Shown in pieces: positions 53,516 to 64,000 of a stretch of 64,000 nt of DNA. The notes below the pieces were generated by a model. That model did not search any database. It saw only the letters and a list, made by a program, of their open reading frames with translations, and had not been told where the DNA came from. Source of the stretch: a virus (Duplodnaviria > Heunggongvirae > Uroviricota > Caudoviricetes). A program made the translations under genes and the position numbers. The DNA lies in IMG/VR virus record IMGVR_UViG_2595698888_000001, positions 64,001 through 128,000 of that record; one strand, written 5' to 3'. Position 1 is the first letter of the stretch. Each line of letters opens with the position of its first letter.

Positions 53516-56167
53516 ATGGCTGATTTACTATCACCTGGTGCAATTGTAACAGTTACCGATGAAACTATTAGTTCCACTAGTGGTGCAGGAACAGTACCTT
53601 TGTTTGTCATCGCTACGGCACAAGACAAGCTTGTTACTGGCAGTACTTCTGTAGCTACTGGTACAACTAAAGCGAATGCTGGTCAACTAAAACTAATTAC
53701 ATCACAAAGAAATGCTCTTGAAACCTACGGTTCACCAATCTTTCAACAAAGTAATGGTTCTGTAATTCAAGGCGATGAACTTAACGAATATGGTCTACAT
53801 GCATTATACAGCTACATGGGTATCGCTAACCGTGCTTATGTAGTTCGTGCTGATATTGACCTAGCACAATTGGCTCCATCAGGAGTTGAACCAACTGGTC
53901 CAGTTACCAATGGTACTCTATGGTTAGATACAAGTACAACCCAAATCGAAGCATATGTTGCTAAGATTGCAAACCCACAAAGTTTTTATGATTGGGCTGT
54001 TAAACCAGTAACAATCGTAAGTGCAGAAGATATTGCAAATGTTAATACTTCTGGTTTAAATGTAGATGACTTAGTACTTCGTCATATTCCAAGTACTGGT
54101 CAAATGCTAATGTACAAATATGAAGCAGTTGGTCTAGTTCAAGTAGAAACTTATCTATCACCAATTAACAAAGTACCTACAGGTAATACTGTAGAAAAAG
54201 GAAACGTATGGATTCGTGATGGTTTTACCAAAAACGGTTCTAACTACTTTGGTACTCGTTTCGTTGTTAAGCGTTATGCTTCTCTAACTTCTGTTTGGAA
54301 TTTAGTAAACGTTTGGACTGGTAATAGCTTCTATGATATTGAAGCAAAAGCTGGAACATTTGATAACACCTATTTCGGTGCACTATTTGATGAAGACAGT
54401 AAGAGTTTTTCTCTTTATACAAAAGCTGGTTCTATTGCGTCAATCAGTGCTGCTGCAACTCCAATCGGACAATCAGCATCTACTCAAGCAACCGCTGTTG
54501 GTAATTTGACTTTCAAATTCTTGAACAAATCAGTAACTGTAGTTGGTGTTAAAGTGAATGATATTATCAACACTGCAACTCTAATTTCAAACCTAAACCA
54601 AAACGCACAATTAATTAATGCTGGTTTTACATTTACTGGTACTAACGCTTTAGTAGTAAGCAACAAAAATGGTTATAGCTTCCAAATTTCTGCTAGTGGA
54701 CAACAAATGTTTACAGCAAATGAATTGGCTAAACTAAGTGTTGATAGCAATAACTATGCACTAGTTAACGTTAATAACTTACGTGTTTCTTCTGTCACCC
54801 CAACTGCTAAAGCTGCAAACGGTACATACTGGTACAATTTCAGTAACTCTGATTCATTAGCTGTTACTCTTTATACCGCAAACGTAAGTACTGAAACTTG
54901 GGATAAAATTGATGAAACCAATCAGTACGTTCAACTTGATGAACCTGCTGCGGATCGTGATTTTTGGGTTCAACCACTATCACAAGGTGTTGACGGTTAT
55001 ATTTTCTACCGTAACGTAAGTGGTACATGGGTTAAACTAGATGATACAGATCAAAGTACTTTAAATGGTATGGTATTTGATGACTTTACTTCTGGTAATG
55101 TTCCAAGTGCTGAATTGTACCAAAACGGTATGCTTGCAGTTGACTTAGGTACAACTGAAGGTGTTGTTAAAGTAATGAAAAATGGTGTTTGGACTGTCGC
55201 AAGCGGTGTTGCTCTAAACGGTGCTGGCCTATTTGGTCGTGCTGCACAACGTAATATCATTGTTGAAGCTCTAGCATCTGTTGTAATCAGTAACGAAGAT
55301 ATTCGTGCTGAAAGTATTAACTTTAACTTAATTTGTGTTCCTGGTTATGTTGAATTGCTAGATGAACTAGTAACCCTAAACACCGACCGTAAAGAAACTG
55401 CATTCATCGTAACTGATGTTCCTGCACGTTTAGCACCAAACGCAACTGATGTTCAGGCATGGGCTACTAATGCTAACAATGCTGCAAGCAATGGTGAAGT
55501 TGGTCGTTTGACTGCATATCCATATGCTGCACAATATATGGGATGGTGTTTGAGCACTAACGTTGACGGTACTGAGATTGCTGTACCAGGAAGTACTGTT
55601 GCAATGCGTACCTATGCTTACAGCGATAGCGTAAGTTATGTATGGTATCCACCAGCAGGTACACAACGTGGCGTTGTAACTAATGCTGCATCTGTAGGTT
55701 TCATTAATAGCGAAGGTGAATATGCTCCAGTAGTATATAACCAAGGCCAACGTGATACCATGTACGTTAACAAAATTAACCCAATTGCAATGCGTCCAAA
55801 TCGTGGATTGCTAGTGTACGGTGATAAAACTCTAGCTGCTGATGATACATCTGCACTAAGCCGTGTAAACGTTGCTCGTCTAGTAGTTTATATTCGTCGT
55901 CAATTAGAAATTCTAGCTGAACCATTCTTATTCCGTTTAAACACCGCAAGTACTCGCCAAGAGTTTACTTCAATTGTTAACAACTTCCTAGCTGAAATTG
56001 TTCAACTAAACGGTTTGTATGACTTCCTAGTAGTTTGTGATGAATCTAACAACACAACAACTCGTATTGACCGCAATGAACTATGGATGGATATTGCACT
56101 TGTACCAACTCGTTCAATTAACTTCATCTATATTCCAATTCGTTTGGAAAATAGTTTAAATAACTAA
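53516..56167 (+). CDS. contractile tail sheath protein
   Basis: LLSPGAIVTVTDE N-terminus. WYPPAGTQRG, INPI, YGDKT, SRVNVARLV, FLVVCDESNN, FIYIP C-terminus. Confidence 0.95.
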   Translation: MADLLSPGAIVTVTDETISSTSGAGTVPLFVIATAQDKLVTGSTSVATGTTKANAGQLKLITSQRNALETYGSPIFQQSNGSVIQGDELNEYGLHALYSYMGIANRAYVVRADIDLAQLAPSGVEPTGPVTNGTLWLDTSTTQIEAYVAKIANPQSFYDWAVKPVTIVSAEDIANVNTSGLNVDDLVLRHIPSTGQMLMYKYEAVGLVQVETYLSPINKVPTGNTVEKGNVWIRDGFTKNGSNYFGTRFVVKRYASLTSVWNLVNVWTGNSFYDIEAKAGTFDNTYFGALFDEDSKSFSLYTKAGSIASISAAATPIGQSASTQATAVGNLTFKFLNKSVTVVGVKVNDIINTATLISNLNQNAQLINAGFTFTGTNALVVSNKNGYSFQISASGQQMFTANELAKLSVDSNNYALVNVNNLRVSSVTPTAKAANGTYWYNFSNSDSLAVTLYTANVSTETWDKIDETNQYVQLDEPAADRDFWVQPLSQGVDGYIFYRNVSGTWVKLDDTDQSTLNGMVFDDFTSGNVPSAELYQNGMLAVDLGTTEGVVKVMKNGVWTVASGVALNGAGLFGRAAQRNIIVEALASVVISNEDIRAESINFNLICVPGYVELLDELVTLNTDRKETAFIVTDVPARLAPNATDVQAWATNANNAASNGEVGRLTAYPYAAQYMGWCLSTNVDGTEIAVPGSTVAMRTYAYSDSVSYVWYPPAGTQRGVVTNAASVGFINSEGEYAPVVYNQGQRDTMYVNKINPIAMRPNRGLLVYGDKTLAADDTSALSRVNVARLVVYIRRQLEILAEPFLFRLNTASTRQEFTSIVNNFLAEIVQLNGLYDFLVVCDESNNTTTRIDRNELWMDIALVPTRSINFIYIPIRLENSLNN

Positions 56168-56170
56168 TAT

Positions 56171-56200
56171 AAAAGGAGCCTAATGGCTCCTTTTTGTTTT
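56171..56200 (+). terminator. intrinsic terminator after sheath
   Basis: AAAAGGAGCC-TAAT-GGCTCCTTTT followed by a T-rich tail. Confidence 0.9.
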
Positions 56201-56274
56201 TTACAAAGGTCTTCCATACTTAGAAAGTTTATAAATACATTAAAGAATATTCCTTAAATTTTGGGAGATTAATA

Positions 56275-56964
56275 ATGGCAAATTTACTGGATAAATATGG
56301 TGTTGTTATTCCTGGTGCAAGCCGTGCACCAATGAAGCAGCCAAAGCCAAAGTATCGTTTCCGTGTAGTTTTCTTCGGATTCGGAAATACTGAGGATGGC
56401 AACTATATTACATTGGATACAAATACCGTTGGTACACCAAACGTGGAGCATGAAAACGTAACTGTTCACAGTTACAACAGTTCTGCACACTATAAAGGCA
56501 AATATACATGGAACACAATTGAAGTAGCATTCCGCGATTCAGTAGGTAACATGTCATTGAAAGCCCTTTGGAACCAAATGCGTAAAGAATTTAACTACTA
56601 CTCACAAGAATCTCGTACTACTGGTTCTCAATATAAATTTGAGATGTGGATTCAAGCGTTAGACGGTTCTAACAGCGAAAATACTACAAACCTATTTGAA
56701 GGTACGTTGCATACTTGGATTTGTCAAGGTTGTTTCATTACTGATTCAAACTTTGGTGATTGGGATTACTCAAGCTCAGAAGCACAAGTTATTACCATGA
56801 CTGTACAACCAGACGGATGCGTACTAGTTGGTCCAGAAGGTCAAGCTCTTGGTGATGAAGTATCCGGTAACGGTACTCCAGAGAACTCTGTTTCTATCAC
56901 ATCTAGTCCTACGGCGATTGATTCCGGTACTCTACCAGATTCAAACTTCTACGAAGGACAATAA
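56275..56964 (+). CDS. tail tube protein
   Basis: QPKPKYRFRV, GKYTWNTIEVAFRD, GCFIT..FGDWDYS. Follows the sheath, TATAAATA upstream. Confidence 0.85.
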   Translation: MANLLDKYGVVIPGASRAPMKQPKPKYRFRVVFFGFGNTEDGNYITLDTNTVGTPNVEHENVTVHSYNSSAHYKGKYTWNTIEVAFRDSVGNMSLKALWNQMRKEFNYYSQESRTTGSQYKFEMWIQALDGSNSENTTNLFEGTLHTWICQGCFITDSNFGDWDYSSSEAQVITMTVQPDGCVLVGPEGQALGDEVSGNGTPENSVSITSSPTAIDSGTLPDSNFYEGQ

Positions 56965-56971
56965 TATAAAT

Positions 56972-56997
56972 GCCCTGGACTTGTCTAGGGCTTTTTT
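56972..56997 (+). terminator. intrinsic terminator
   Basis: GCCCTGGAC-TT-GTCTAGGGC plus T6. Confidence 0.8.
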
Positions 56998-57044
56998 ATT
57001 GCTAAATATAATATACATTCCATATTAAATAGGGGAAAATATAA

Positions 57045-57821
57045 ATGGCAAATAGAATGATGGATAAGTATGGTGTTCCTCTGCCAAGTGGTCGTAATAG
57101 AACTATGAGTCAGCCTAAAGTAAAACATAAGTTTCGAGTAGTTGTATATAACTTCGGAACTGATATTGATGAGAAAGATCATGTTGCTTTAGAAGTTGAG
57201 GAAATAGACCGCCCAAGCATTTCTTTCGAAACTCACCAATTATACCAATTTGCAACCAATACATCTTATGTAGGCCGCTGGGATTGGAAACCAATTACTT
57301 TAACTATTCGTGATGCTGTAGATAACAAGGTTGCCAAATCTATTATACGTCAGCTTCAAAAACAATTAGATTTTCAGAGACGTATCTCTGCAAAATCAGA
57401 ACAATCATTTGCTGGATATAAGTTTAGAATGATGATTGAAACAACTGGTGGTGCAAACCCTGATGATTCTCTAACGAATTTAGGCCGAGACACTGCAATA
57501 GATGCTGCAACTGCTATTACAAATAATGCAGGTTTAGTAAATGCAATCGACGATTTTGTTGGTGGTAAAGGCTATAATGCCGTTAGTACTTTAGACCGTT
57601 GGGTATGCTATGGTTGTATTATTACTGATATTGAATGGGATTCATTAGATTATGGTTCTTCACAATATCTTACTATTAAGTTAACAATTAAGCCTGATAA
57701 CTGTGTTCAATATGATATGATTGAAGAAATGTATTCAGACAAAATTAGCTCACTACTACCAGATAAAGTTGACAATGCATTAGATATTGTTGATAAAATT
57801 TTTGGTGGAGCAACATTATAA
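57045..57821 (+). CDS. second tail tube-like paralog
   Basis: QPKVKHKFRV, GRWDWKPITLTIRD, GCIIT..WDSLDY, collinear with the preceding tube protein. Confidence 0.8.
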   Translation: MANRMMDKYGVPLPSGRNRTMSQPKVKHKFRVVVYNFGTDIDEKDHVALEVEEIDRPSISFETHQLYQFATNTSYVGRWDWKPITLTIRDAVDNKVAKSIIRQLQKQLDFQRRISAKSEQSFAGYKFRMMIETTGGANPDDSLTNLGRDTAIDAATAITNNAGLVNAIDDFVGGKGYNAVSTLDRWVCYGCIITDIEWDSLDYGSSQYLTIKLTIKPDNCVQYDMIEEMYSDKISSLLPDKVDNALDIVDKIFGGATL

Positions 57822-57831
57822 GGAGTACTGA

Positions 57832-59384
<1,553 letters not shown>

Positions 59385-59385
59385 T

Positions 59386-59955
59386 ATGAAAGCTAAACGT
59401 GGAGTCGAAGAAGCATTAGGCTTGCCAAATTCGGAAGAATTAAAAAAACTATTAGGCGATGAGTATAATGAAGATGATTTTTACGATGACGAGGATGAAG
59501 ATATTGAAAGTACTGATATTTCTGAACTTCAAATCGATGAAGCTCGTCGTTCTATGAAGCAGTTGAAAGAATACCGTGAACAGCTAAAAGATATTCCAGA
59601 TATTACAAATCGTAAGGCACATTTAGACCGTTTAGCAAAAATGGCTGAAGATAAGTTCGAAGATATTTTTGACCGTGCTTTTAATTGTGAAGATAGATTT
59701 GCATCTGAAATGATAAATGCTGCAAATGCTATGTTAAAAATTGCATTAGATGCACATGCTAAAGTTATTGATTCAGATATTAAACTGATTGATATGCAGA
59801 TTAAGAAAGATAAGATGGAAATTGAACTTAATCAGAAGCCAAAAAATCAGCAAGCACTGGTAGATAATTCTGATCCTAATGCTATAGAAGGTGAGAAGGT
59901 AGTAGTAGTTAAGTCTCGTAATGAGCTACTTGCTTCTATGAGTAAGAATAAATAA
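59386..59955 (+). CDS. hypothetical helical protein (terminase small subunit-like is possible but unproven)
   Basis: Coiled-coil character and C-terminal SRNELL, located in the morphogenesis region. Confidence 0.65.
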   Translation: MKAKRGVEEALGLPNSEELKKLLGDEYNEDDFYDDEDEDIESTDISELQIDEARRSMKQLKEYREQLKDIPDITNRKAHLDRLAKMAEDKFEDIFDRAFNCEDRFASEMINAANAMLKIALDAHAKVIDSDIKLIDMQIKKDKMEIELNQKPKNQQALVDNSDPNAIEGEKVVVVKSRNELLASMSKNK

Positions 59956-59982
59956 AATAAAATACTGTGACTCGGAGTTAAC

Positions 59983-60528
59983 ATGAACAAATTACAGAAA
60001 ATTTTAACAGAACTTACTCCAGAATATTCATATCGTGTAAAATTTGCGTGTGAGCCAAGCTCCGAAGAATTACATAAAGTCGTCGCTAGGCTTACAGATC
60101 GTTATGATGCTTTTGAAGTTGGTCCATTAAAGAAAACAATTTTCCAAGACCGTCCTATTGATTTTTATAATCTAGATTGTGGCGAAATTTGGATGTTCGA
60201 TTTTAAATGCCATCGTGGTGTGCAACCACAAGTACTATTGTTTGAAATCGGTAGTCTATTGAAATGGTCGGAATCATTAATTCACGTTAGAAATAATTTA
60301 GACCCATATCAGGAAGAAATTTCTGATTCTGAAGATGATATTGAATTTGATGAATACGAACCACGTCTTTTAGACCCTGAATATAAAGAAGTTCCAGAAG
60401 TTAATGCTGAGGAACTAGGTGGTCAGGGTCGTGCAGATACTGCGGTTAAAGATGCATTAGACGATTATAAAAAAGGTAAAACACCATACGCAGAATATAT
60501 GTCTGCTGGATTTGGTAAGAAGGGGTAA
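59983..60528 (+). CDS. hypothetical morphogenesis-region protein
   Basis: 181 aa, GGAG RBS, TAAATA upstream. Confidence 0.75.
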   Translation: MNKLQKILTELTPEYSYRVKFACEPSSEELHKVVARLTDRYDAFEVGPLKKTIFQDRPIDFYNLDCGEIWMFDFKCHRGVQPQVLLFEIGSLLKWSESLIHVRNNLDPYQEEISDSEDDIEFDEYEPRLLDPEYKEVPEVNAEELGGQGRADTAVKDALDDYKKGKTPYAEYMSAGFGKKG

Positions 60529-60530
60529 TC

Positions 60531-61106
60531 ATGAGTCTTTTAGAAGAAATGTTTGATGGTCAACCAGAACCATTGAATGAAAGACCTTATAGCCGTACAC
60601 AGTCAGCAATTGATTCGGCAAAAGGAAAAGTAAAAGGTTTCTTTGGTTCAGGTCAAGTTGAGCAAGGTGCTCAAGAAACTGGACAAATGGCAAACCAGTT
60701 GTGGGCTGACTTTAAACGTTATATCGGTAGAAAATATGGTTCCCATCCACAATCTGTTTCATATAGTGATGTTGCTGCGTTTTTTAAAGGTAACGATTTG
60801 GACACTTCCTTTTTAGGTAATAATGAGCGTCGTTCATTTTCTCCTAAAGATGTTGGTAATGCATTAATGCAAGCTGTTCAGAAATTGAATACCGATTATG
60901 AATATCAAAAAGAAAAACAACCAGAACAAGGTGAAGAACAACCAGAACAAGGCCAAGGCCAAGGTTCAGAACAAGGTTCAGGGGAAGGTCAGCCACAAGC
61001 TGGACAAGGCCAACCACAAGGAGCAGGTGCTGGATCATCAATTCCAGATCGTTTATCTTCATTAAGTTCTGCTGATAGAGCAAAATTACTAAGACTAATT
61101 TCTTAA
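60531..61106 (+). CDS. hypothetical protein with Q/G/E-rich low-complexity linker
   Basis: QPEQGEEQPEQGQGQGSEQGSGEGQPQ near the C-terminus. Confidence 0.75.
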   Translation: MSLLEEMFDGQPEPLNERPYSRTQSAIDSAKGKVKGFFGSGQVEQGAQETGQMANQLWADFKRYIGRKYGSHPQSVSYSDVAAFFKGNDLDTSFLGNNERRSFSPKDVGNALMQAVQKLNTDYEYQKEKQPEQGEEQPEQGQGQGSEQGSGEGQPQAGQGQPQGAGAGSSIPDRLSSLSSADRAKLLRLIS

Positions 61107-61118
61107 TAGGAGAAGAAT

Positions 61119-62540
61119 ATGTTTAAATCTTTAGATAATAACAATTCGATTCCAAATAATTATGTATACACTTCCAATAAAGGTACAGAATATATGTACC
61201 TTGATGGTTCATGGCTTAACTGTGAAACTATGAGTACTGTTCCTAGTACTCATAATTTTAAAATGAATGAGTCAGCAATTCGTCAGATTGCTGAACATAA
61301 CCGACATAACAAATTACAAATCGGTAAGAAATATGTCATCAAAGAATCTGAATATGTATATGTTGGTCGCAATAACTTCACATTAAACGATAACTTATTG
61401 ACAGAAAATGTAAATTCTCGTGTTAAAATGTTGGTTGAGGCTGATGCAAAATCTGAGTTTTCTAATGTAAAATTAGGCAGTACTGAAAATATCGAAATTC
61501 CAGATAAGTTTAAACTTGATGGTTATGTATACAACAAGGCGAAAAAAGCTTGGTGGGGTACTACTGATAACGGTAACGCTGGTTATATAAAAGACCAAGA
61601 ATTAATTGATGAACTTAACAAAGATTCAATTGAACGAATTAAAAAGTATAATGAAAAAGACCCATATCCAGTAGGAACAACTGTTGACTACAATGGTAAA
61701 ACTGCAATATGGAATGGTGAAGTTTTTGTTGTTCCAGGTGAAGGTGCTTACCCACCAGGATTTGCACAACAATTTGATGATTATTTTCAAAATGTTTATA
61801 AATCTGGTAATAACAATGACAGTACTGAACAACAGGATAAAGAAGATACCGTGAATACCTCTGACAATTCAAATACTAATGAACCACAAAATACAGGTTC
61901 AACAAGTAGTACTGAAGTTCCTAACGGATTTGTGTATCAATCTGGAAAAGGCAAAAGTTATTACAAGAAAAATGGTCGCTGGTTCTCAAGTGAAACCAAA
62001 AAGCCAATTAATATGTCTTCTGCAAAACCATTAGAACGTGCTGCACAAAATGCAATTGATAAACATAATGCATCTGCATCTGTTAAAATTGGTGATACCT
62101 TTACATCTAAAAAAGGAATTACCTATAAGTATGTAGGTGGTAATAGATTTATTTCTGCTGATGGAAAACTCCTTCCAAAAGATACTGCACAAAATGTATT
62201 AAATAATTTGCGGCAACAAGCTGATGAAAAGAAAGCACAAGAACAAGGTAGTACTGACAATCAAGAGCAAGGAACAACAGAACCTGCTCCACAACCATCA
62301 ACTGAACCAACGCCTACACAGGGTGATAATACACAAGATACTAATTCTAACACCGATAATGGTTCAGATGATCCACTATCAGGACTTGCAAAACAAATTA
62401 AGTCCAACCCAGAAGCACGTAGAATTATAGTACTTCTAAGCCGTGGTGATGAATTATCTCTATTAGCTGCCGATATTCTTCTTTCTGGACAACAAAAGGA
62501 AGTTACGCAGATTCTAAATTCATTAAATAATGAAGAATAA
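61119..62540 (+). CDS. hypothetical protein with repeated small beta modules
   Basis: Repeats such as IPNNYVYTSNKGTEYMYLDGSW, VPNGFVYQSGKGKSYYKKNGRW and IGDTFTSKKGITYKYVG. Confidence 0.75.
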   Translation: MFKSLDNNNSIPNNYVYTSNKGTEYMYLDGSWLNCETMSTVPSTHNFKMNESAIRQIAEHNRHNKLQIGKKYVIKESEYVYVGRNNFTLNDNLLTENVNSRVKMLVEADAKSEFSNVKLGSTENIEIPDKFKLDGYVYNKAKKAWWGTTDNGNAGYIKDQELIDELNKDSIERIKKYNEKDPYPVGTTVDYNGKTAIWNGEVFVVPGEGAYPPGFAQQFDDYFQNVYKSGNNNDSTEQQDKEDTVNTSDNSNTNEPQNTGSTSSTEVPNGFVYQSGKGKSYYKKNGRWFSSETKKPINMSSAKPLERAAQNAIDKHNASASVKIGDTFTSKKGITYKYVGGNRFISADGKLLPKDTAQNVLNNLRQQADEKKAQEQGSTDNQEQGTTEPAPQPSTEPTPTQGDNTQDTNSNTDNGSDDPLSGLAKQIKSNPEARRIIVLLSRGDELSLLAADILLSGQQKEVTQILNSLNNEE

Positions 62541-62551
62541 TTGAAAAGGAA

Positions 62552-63514
62552 TTGATTATGAAAAAACAAATTAATGAGGCATCAGTTCGTATCGATGTTC
62601 AAGGATTAGAATCGAATGATCTTGAAACTCTTTCACGTATGCTTGCACTAGCTGGACAAGCAGAGAATAAAGGGCCACAAATGGGTGGCATGACTTCTGT
62701 TCCTGCAATTGCACCACTAGACTTAGATAGCATTGGTGGCGAGGATGAAACTCAACCTATTATGAGTCCAGATATGGCTCCTAGTGCTGATGATATGTCA
62801 GGTGCTGGTGCTGAAGAACTTGTCTCAGCAGTGAGTGATTTAGCTGGCTCAGTTACTGATTTCGGTGCTGATTCACTTGACAGCGGCGTAGAAGATGGTG
62901 TATCATCTTTCTCAGTTGGTGACGAATCCGACCTAGACTCTGGTGACATGATGGGTCAAGAAGAAGATTCAAATTACACTGGCGACGATGATTTTGATAT
63001 GAGCCGTATGTCCTCTCTTGCTGGTATTCACGAAAGCCAAGATATTGATGAATCTGATGATGTTTCTGATGATTCAGAAGATGAAGCTGATGATGAAGAC
63101 CAAGCCGTTGCAGAAAGTCTCCTACCTGATTTATCTCTAGACGAAGATTCAGTAGCTACTGAAGCTGATGCACAAAAAGAATTTGGCCCTTTCCGCACAG
63201 AATTTGAATGTGTTCAAGATGGTCAACAAAAAACTAATGGCTTCGAAGGCGATAACTTCATTGTAGTTCCAAAAGGAAATGCTTTCTATTGGAAACGTAC
63301 AATGCAAGAAGAAGTTCAAAATGAACCTAATCCTGAATTTTATGATGACGAAGGTATTCGTAATTCTCGTCATGCTTATAAAGGAAAACAACCTGGTACT
63401 GCATTAGGTGATAATCCACTTGTTGGTGAAAGTGAAGATGATGAAGATGAATCTGTAGATTCTATTTTCGAATCAATCAACAAGCAATATAAAAAATTCA
63501 TGGAGGGTTTATAA
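62552..63514 (+). CDS. highly acidic hypothetical protein (scaffold or inner-head-like)
   Basis: D/E/S-rich, located in the morphogenesis region. Confidence 0.72.
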   Translation: MIMKKQINEASVRIDVQGLESNDLETLSRMLALAGQAENKGPQMGGMTSVPAIAPLDLDSIGGEDETQPIMSPDMAPSADDMSGAGAEELVSAVSDLAGSVTDFGADSLDSGVEDGVSSFSVGDESDLDSGDMMGQEEDSNYTGDDDFDMSRMSSLAGIHESQDIDESDDVSDDSEDEADDEDQAVAESLLPDLSLDEDSVATEADAQKEFGPFRTEFECVQDGQQKTNGFEGDNFIVVPKGNAFYWKRTMQEEVQNEPNPEFYDDEGIRNSRHAYKGKQPGTALGDNPLVGESEDDEDESVDSIFESINKQYKKFMEGL

Positions 63515-63918
63515 TGAGTAACCTACGAAAATTAATGGAATCTATTGACGACATTTATGAAGCAGATGATGAGTCAATGGAACAAGAAACTGAACAATCT
63601 GCACCTGAACTATTAAAAGAAATCATCGGTTCACTAAAAGAACTTTCTGGCATGATTGCTGATGGCTCAGTTGAAGATTTAACTACAATAACTTCTGATT
63701 TAAAAAATATCTCTGCATCCCTTAAAGAACTTGTTGGTTCTGATGGTGATGACTTCGAATTCAACACTGATGAAGAATCCGATGAACCAGAAGAAGAATT
63801 AGAAGAAGAATATGGTGCAGAAGGTATGGGTCCATCTTTTGATGCTAATGGCACTCAAAATTACGAAAATCCACAAGGCTCATCATATCCTGAACAAAAA
63901 GGTTTTGTGGGAATTTAA
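63514..63918 (+). CDS. highly acidic hypothetical protein
   Basis: GGAGG RBS, TAATG overlap. Confidence 0.72.
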   Translation: MSNLRKLMESIDDIYEADDESMEQETEQSAPELLKEIIGSLKELSGMIADGSVEDLTTITSDLKNISASLKELVGSDGDDFEFNTDEESDEPEEELEEEYGAEGMGPSFDANGTQNYENPQGSSYPEQKGFVGI

Positions 63919-63921
63919 TAA

Positions 63922-64000
63922 ATGATACCAAAAACCAACAGTACTGAATATCATTATCAGGTATTAAAATCAATCAAGGAAGTTCACGAATTTAATTCTG
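63922..64000 (+). CDS. start of a gene running off the window
   Basis: ATG 63922 stays open to the end (MIPKTNSTEYHYQVLKSIKEVHEFNS). Confidence 0.5.
   Translation, partial: MIPKTNSTEYHYQVLKSIKEVHEFNS

Noticed and set aside
60905-61030. Short tandem DNA repeats (CAACCAGAACAAGG, CAAGGCCAAGG)
   Set aside because: Explained by a Q/G/E low-complexity protein linker.

Overview
A 64-kb, AT-rich (roughly one third GC by eye), densely coding segment of a lytic jumbo myovirus. Essentially all real genes are on the + strand. A WcaM/colanidase-like tailspike and FNR boxes point to an Enterobacterales host. The gene set resembles RaK2/GAP32/PBECO4-type jumbo phages, which is inference and was not checked by search. 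The window holds nucleotide-metabolism genes (NrdD/NrdG, TK, dNMP kinase, MazG-like, deaminase, glutaredoxin), a large tRNA/RNA-repair and translation toolkit (TyrRS, Thg1, CCA enzyme, RNA ligase, TROVE/vWA, 2H phosphoesterase, HPF, YqeY, Pth2-like) and NAD/ADP-ribose enzymes (Sir2, two Nudix, macrodomain). It also has two orphan DNA methyltransferases, spanins, a LysM-lysozyme, three tandem ~900-aa virion-protein paralogs and the start of the T4-like tail module (neck, sheath, two tubes, gp48/54-like, gp4-like). Signals the gene list does not explain: (1) about 8-fold, frame-independent enrichment of the palindrome AGTACT, in a window that also carries an SPPY-type amino-methyltransferase; (2) a ~470-620 nt ORF-free, highly base-paired region behind its own promoter (candidate large ncRNA, 34742-35361); (3) two perfect host FNR boxes, one at class-II spacing upstream of nrdD; (4) promoters repeatedly embedded inside terminator hairpins; (5) several uncharacterised paralog clusters. 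No tRNA genes, rRNA or CRISPR arrays were recognised. All counts were made by hand and all family assignments are from motif recognition, not database searches.
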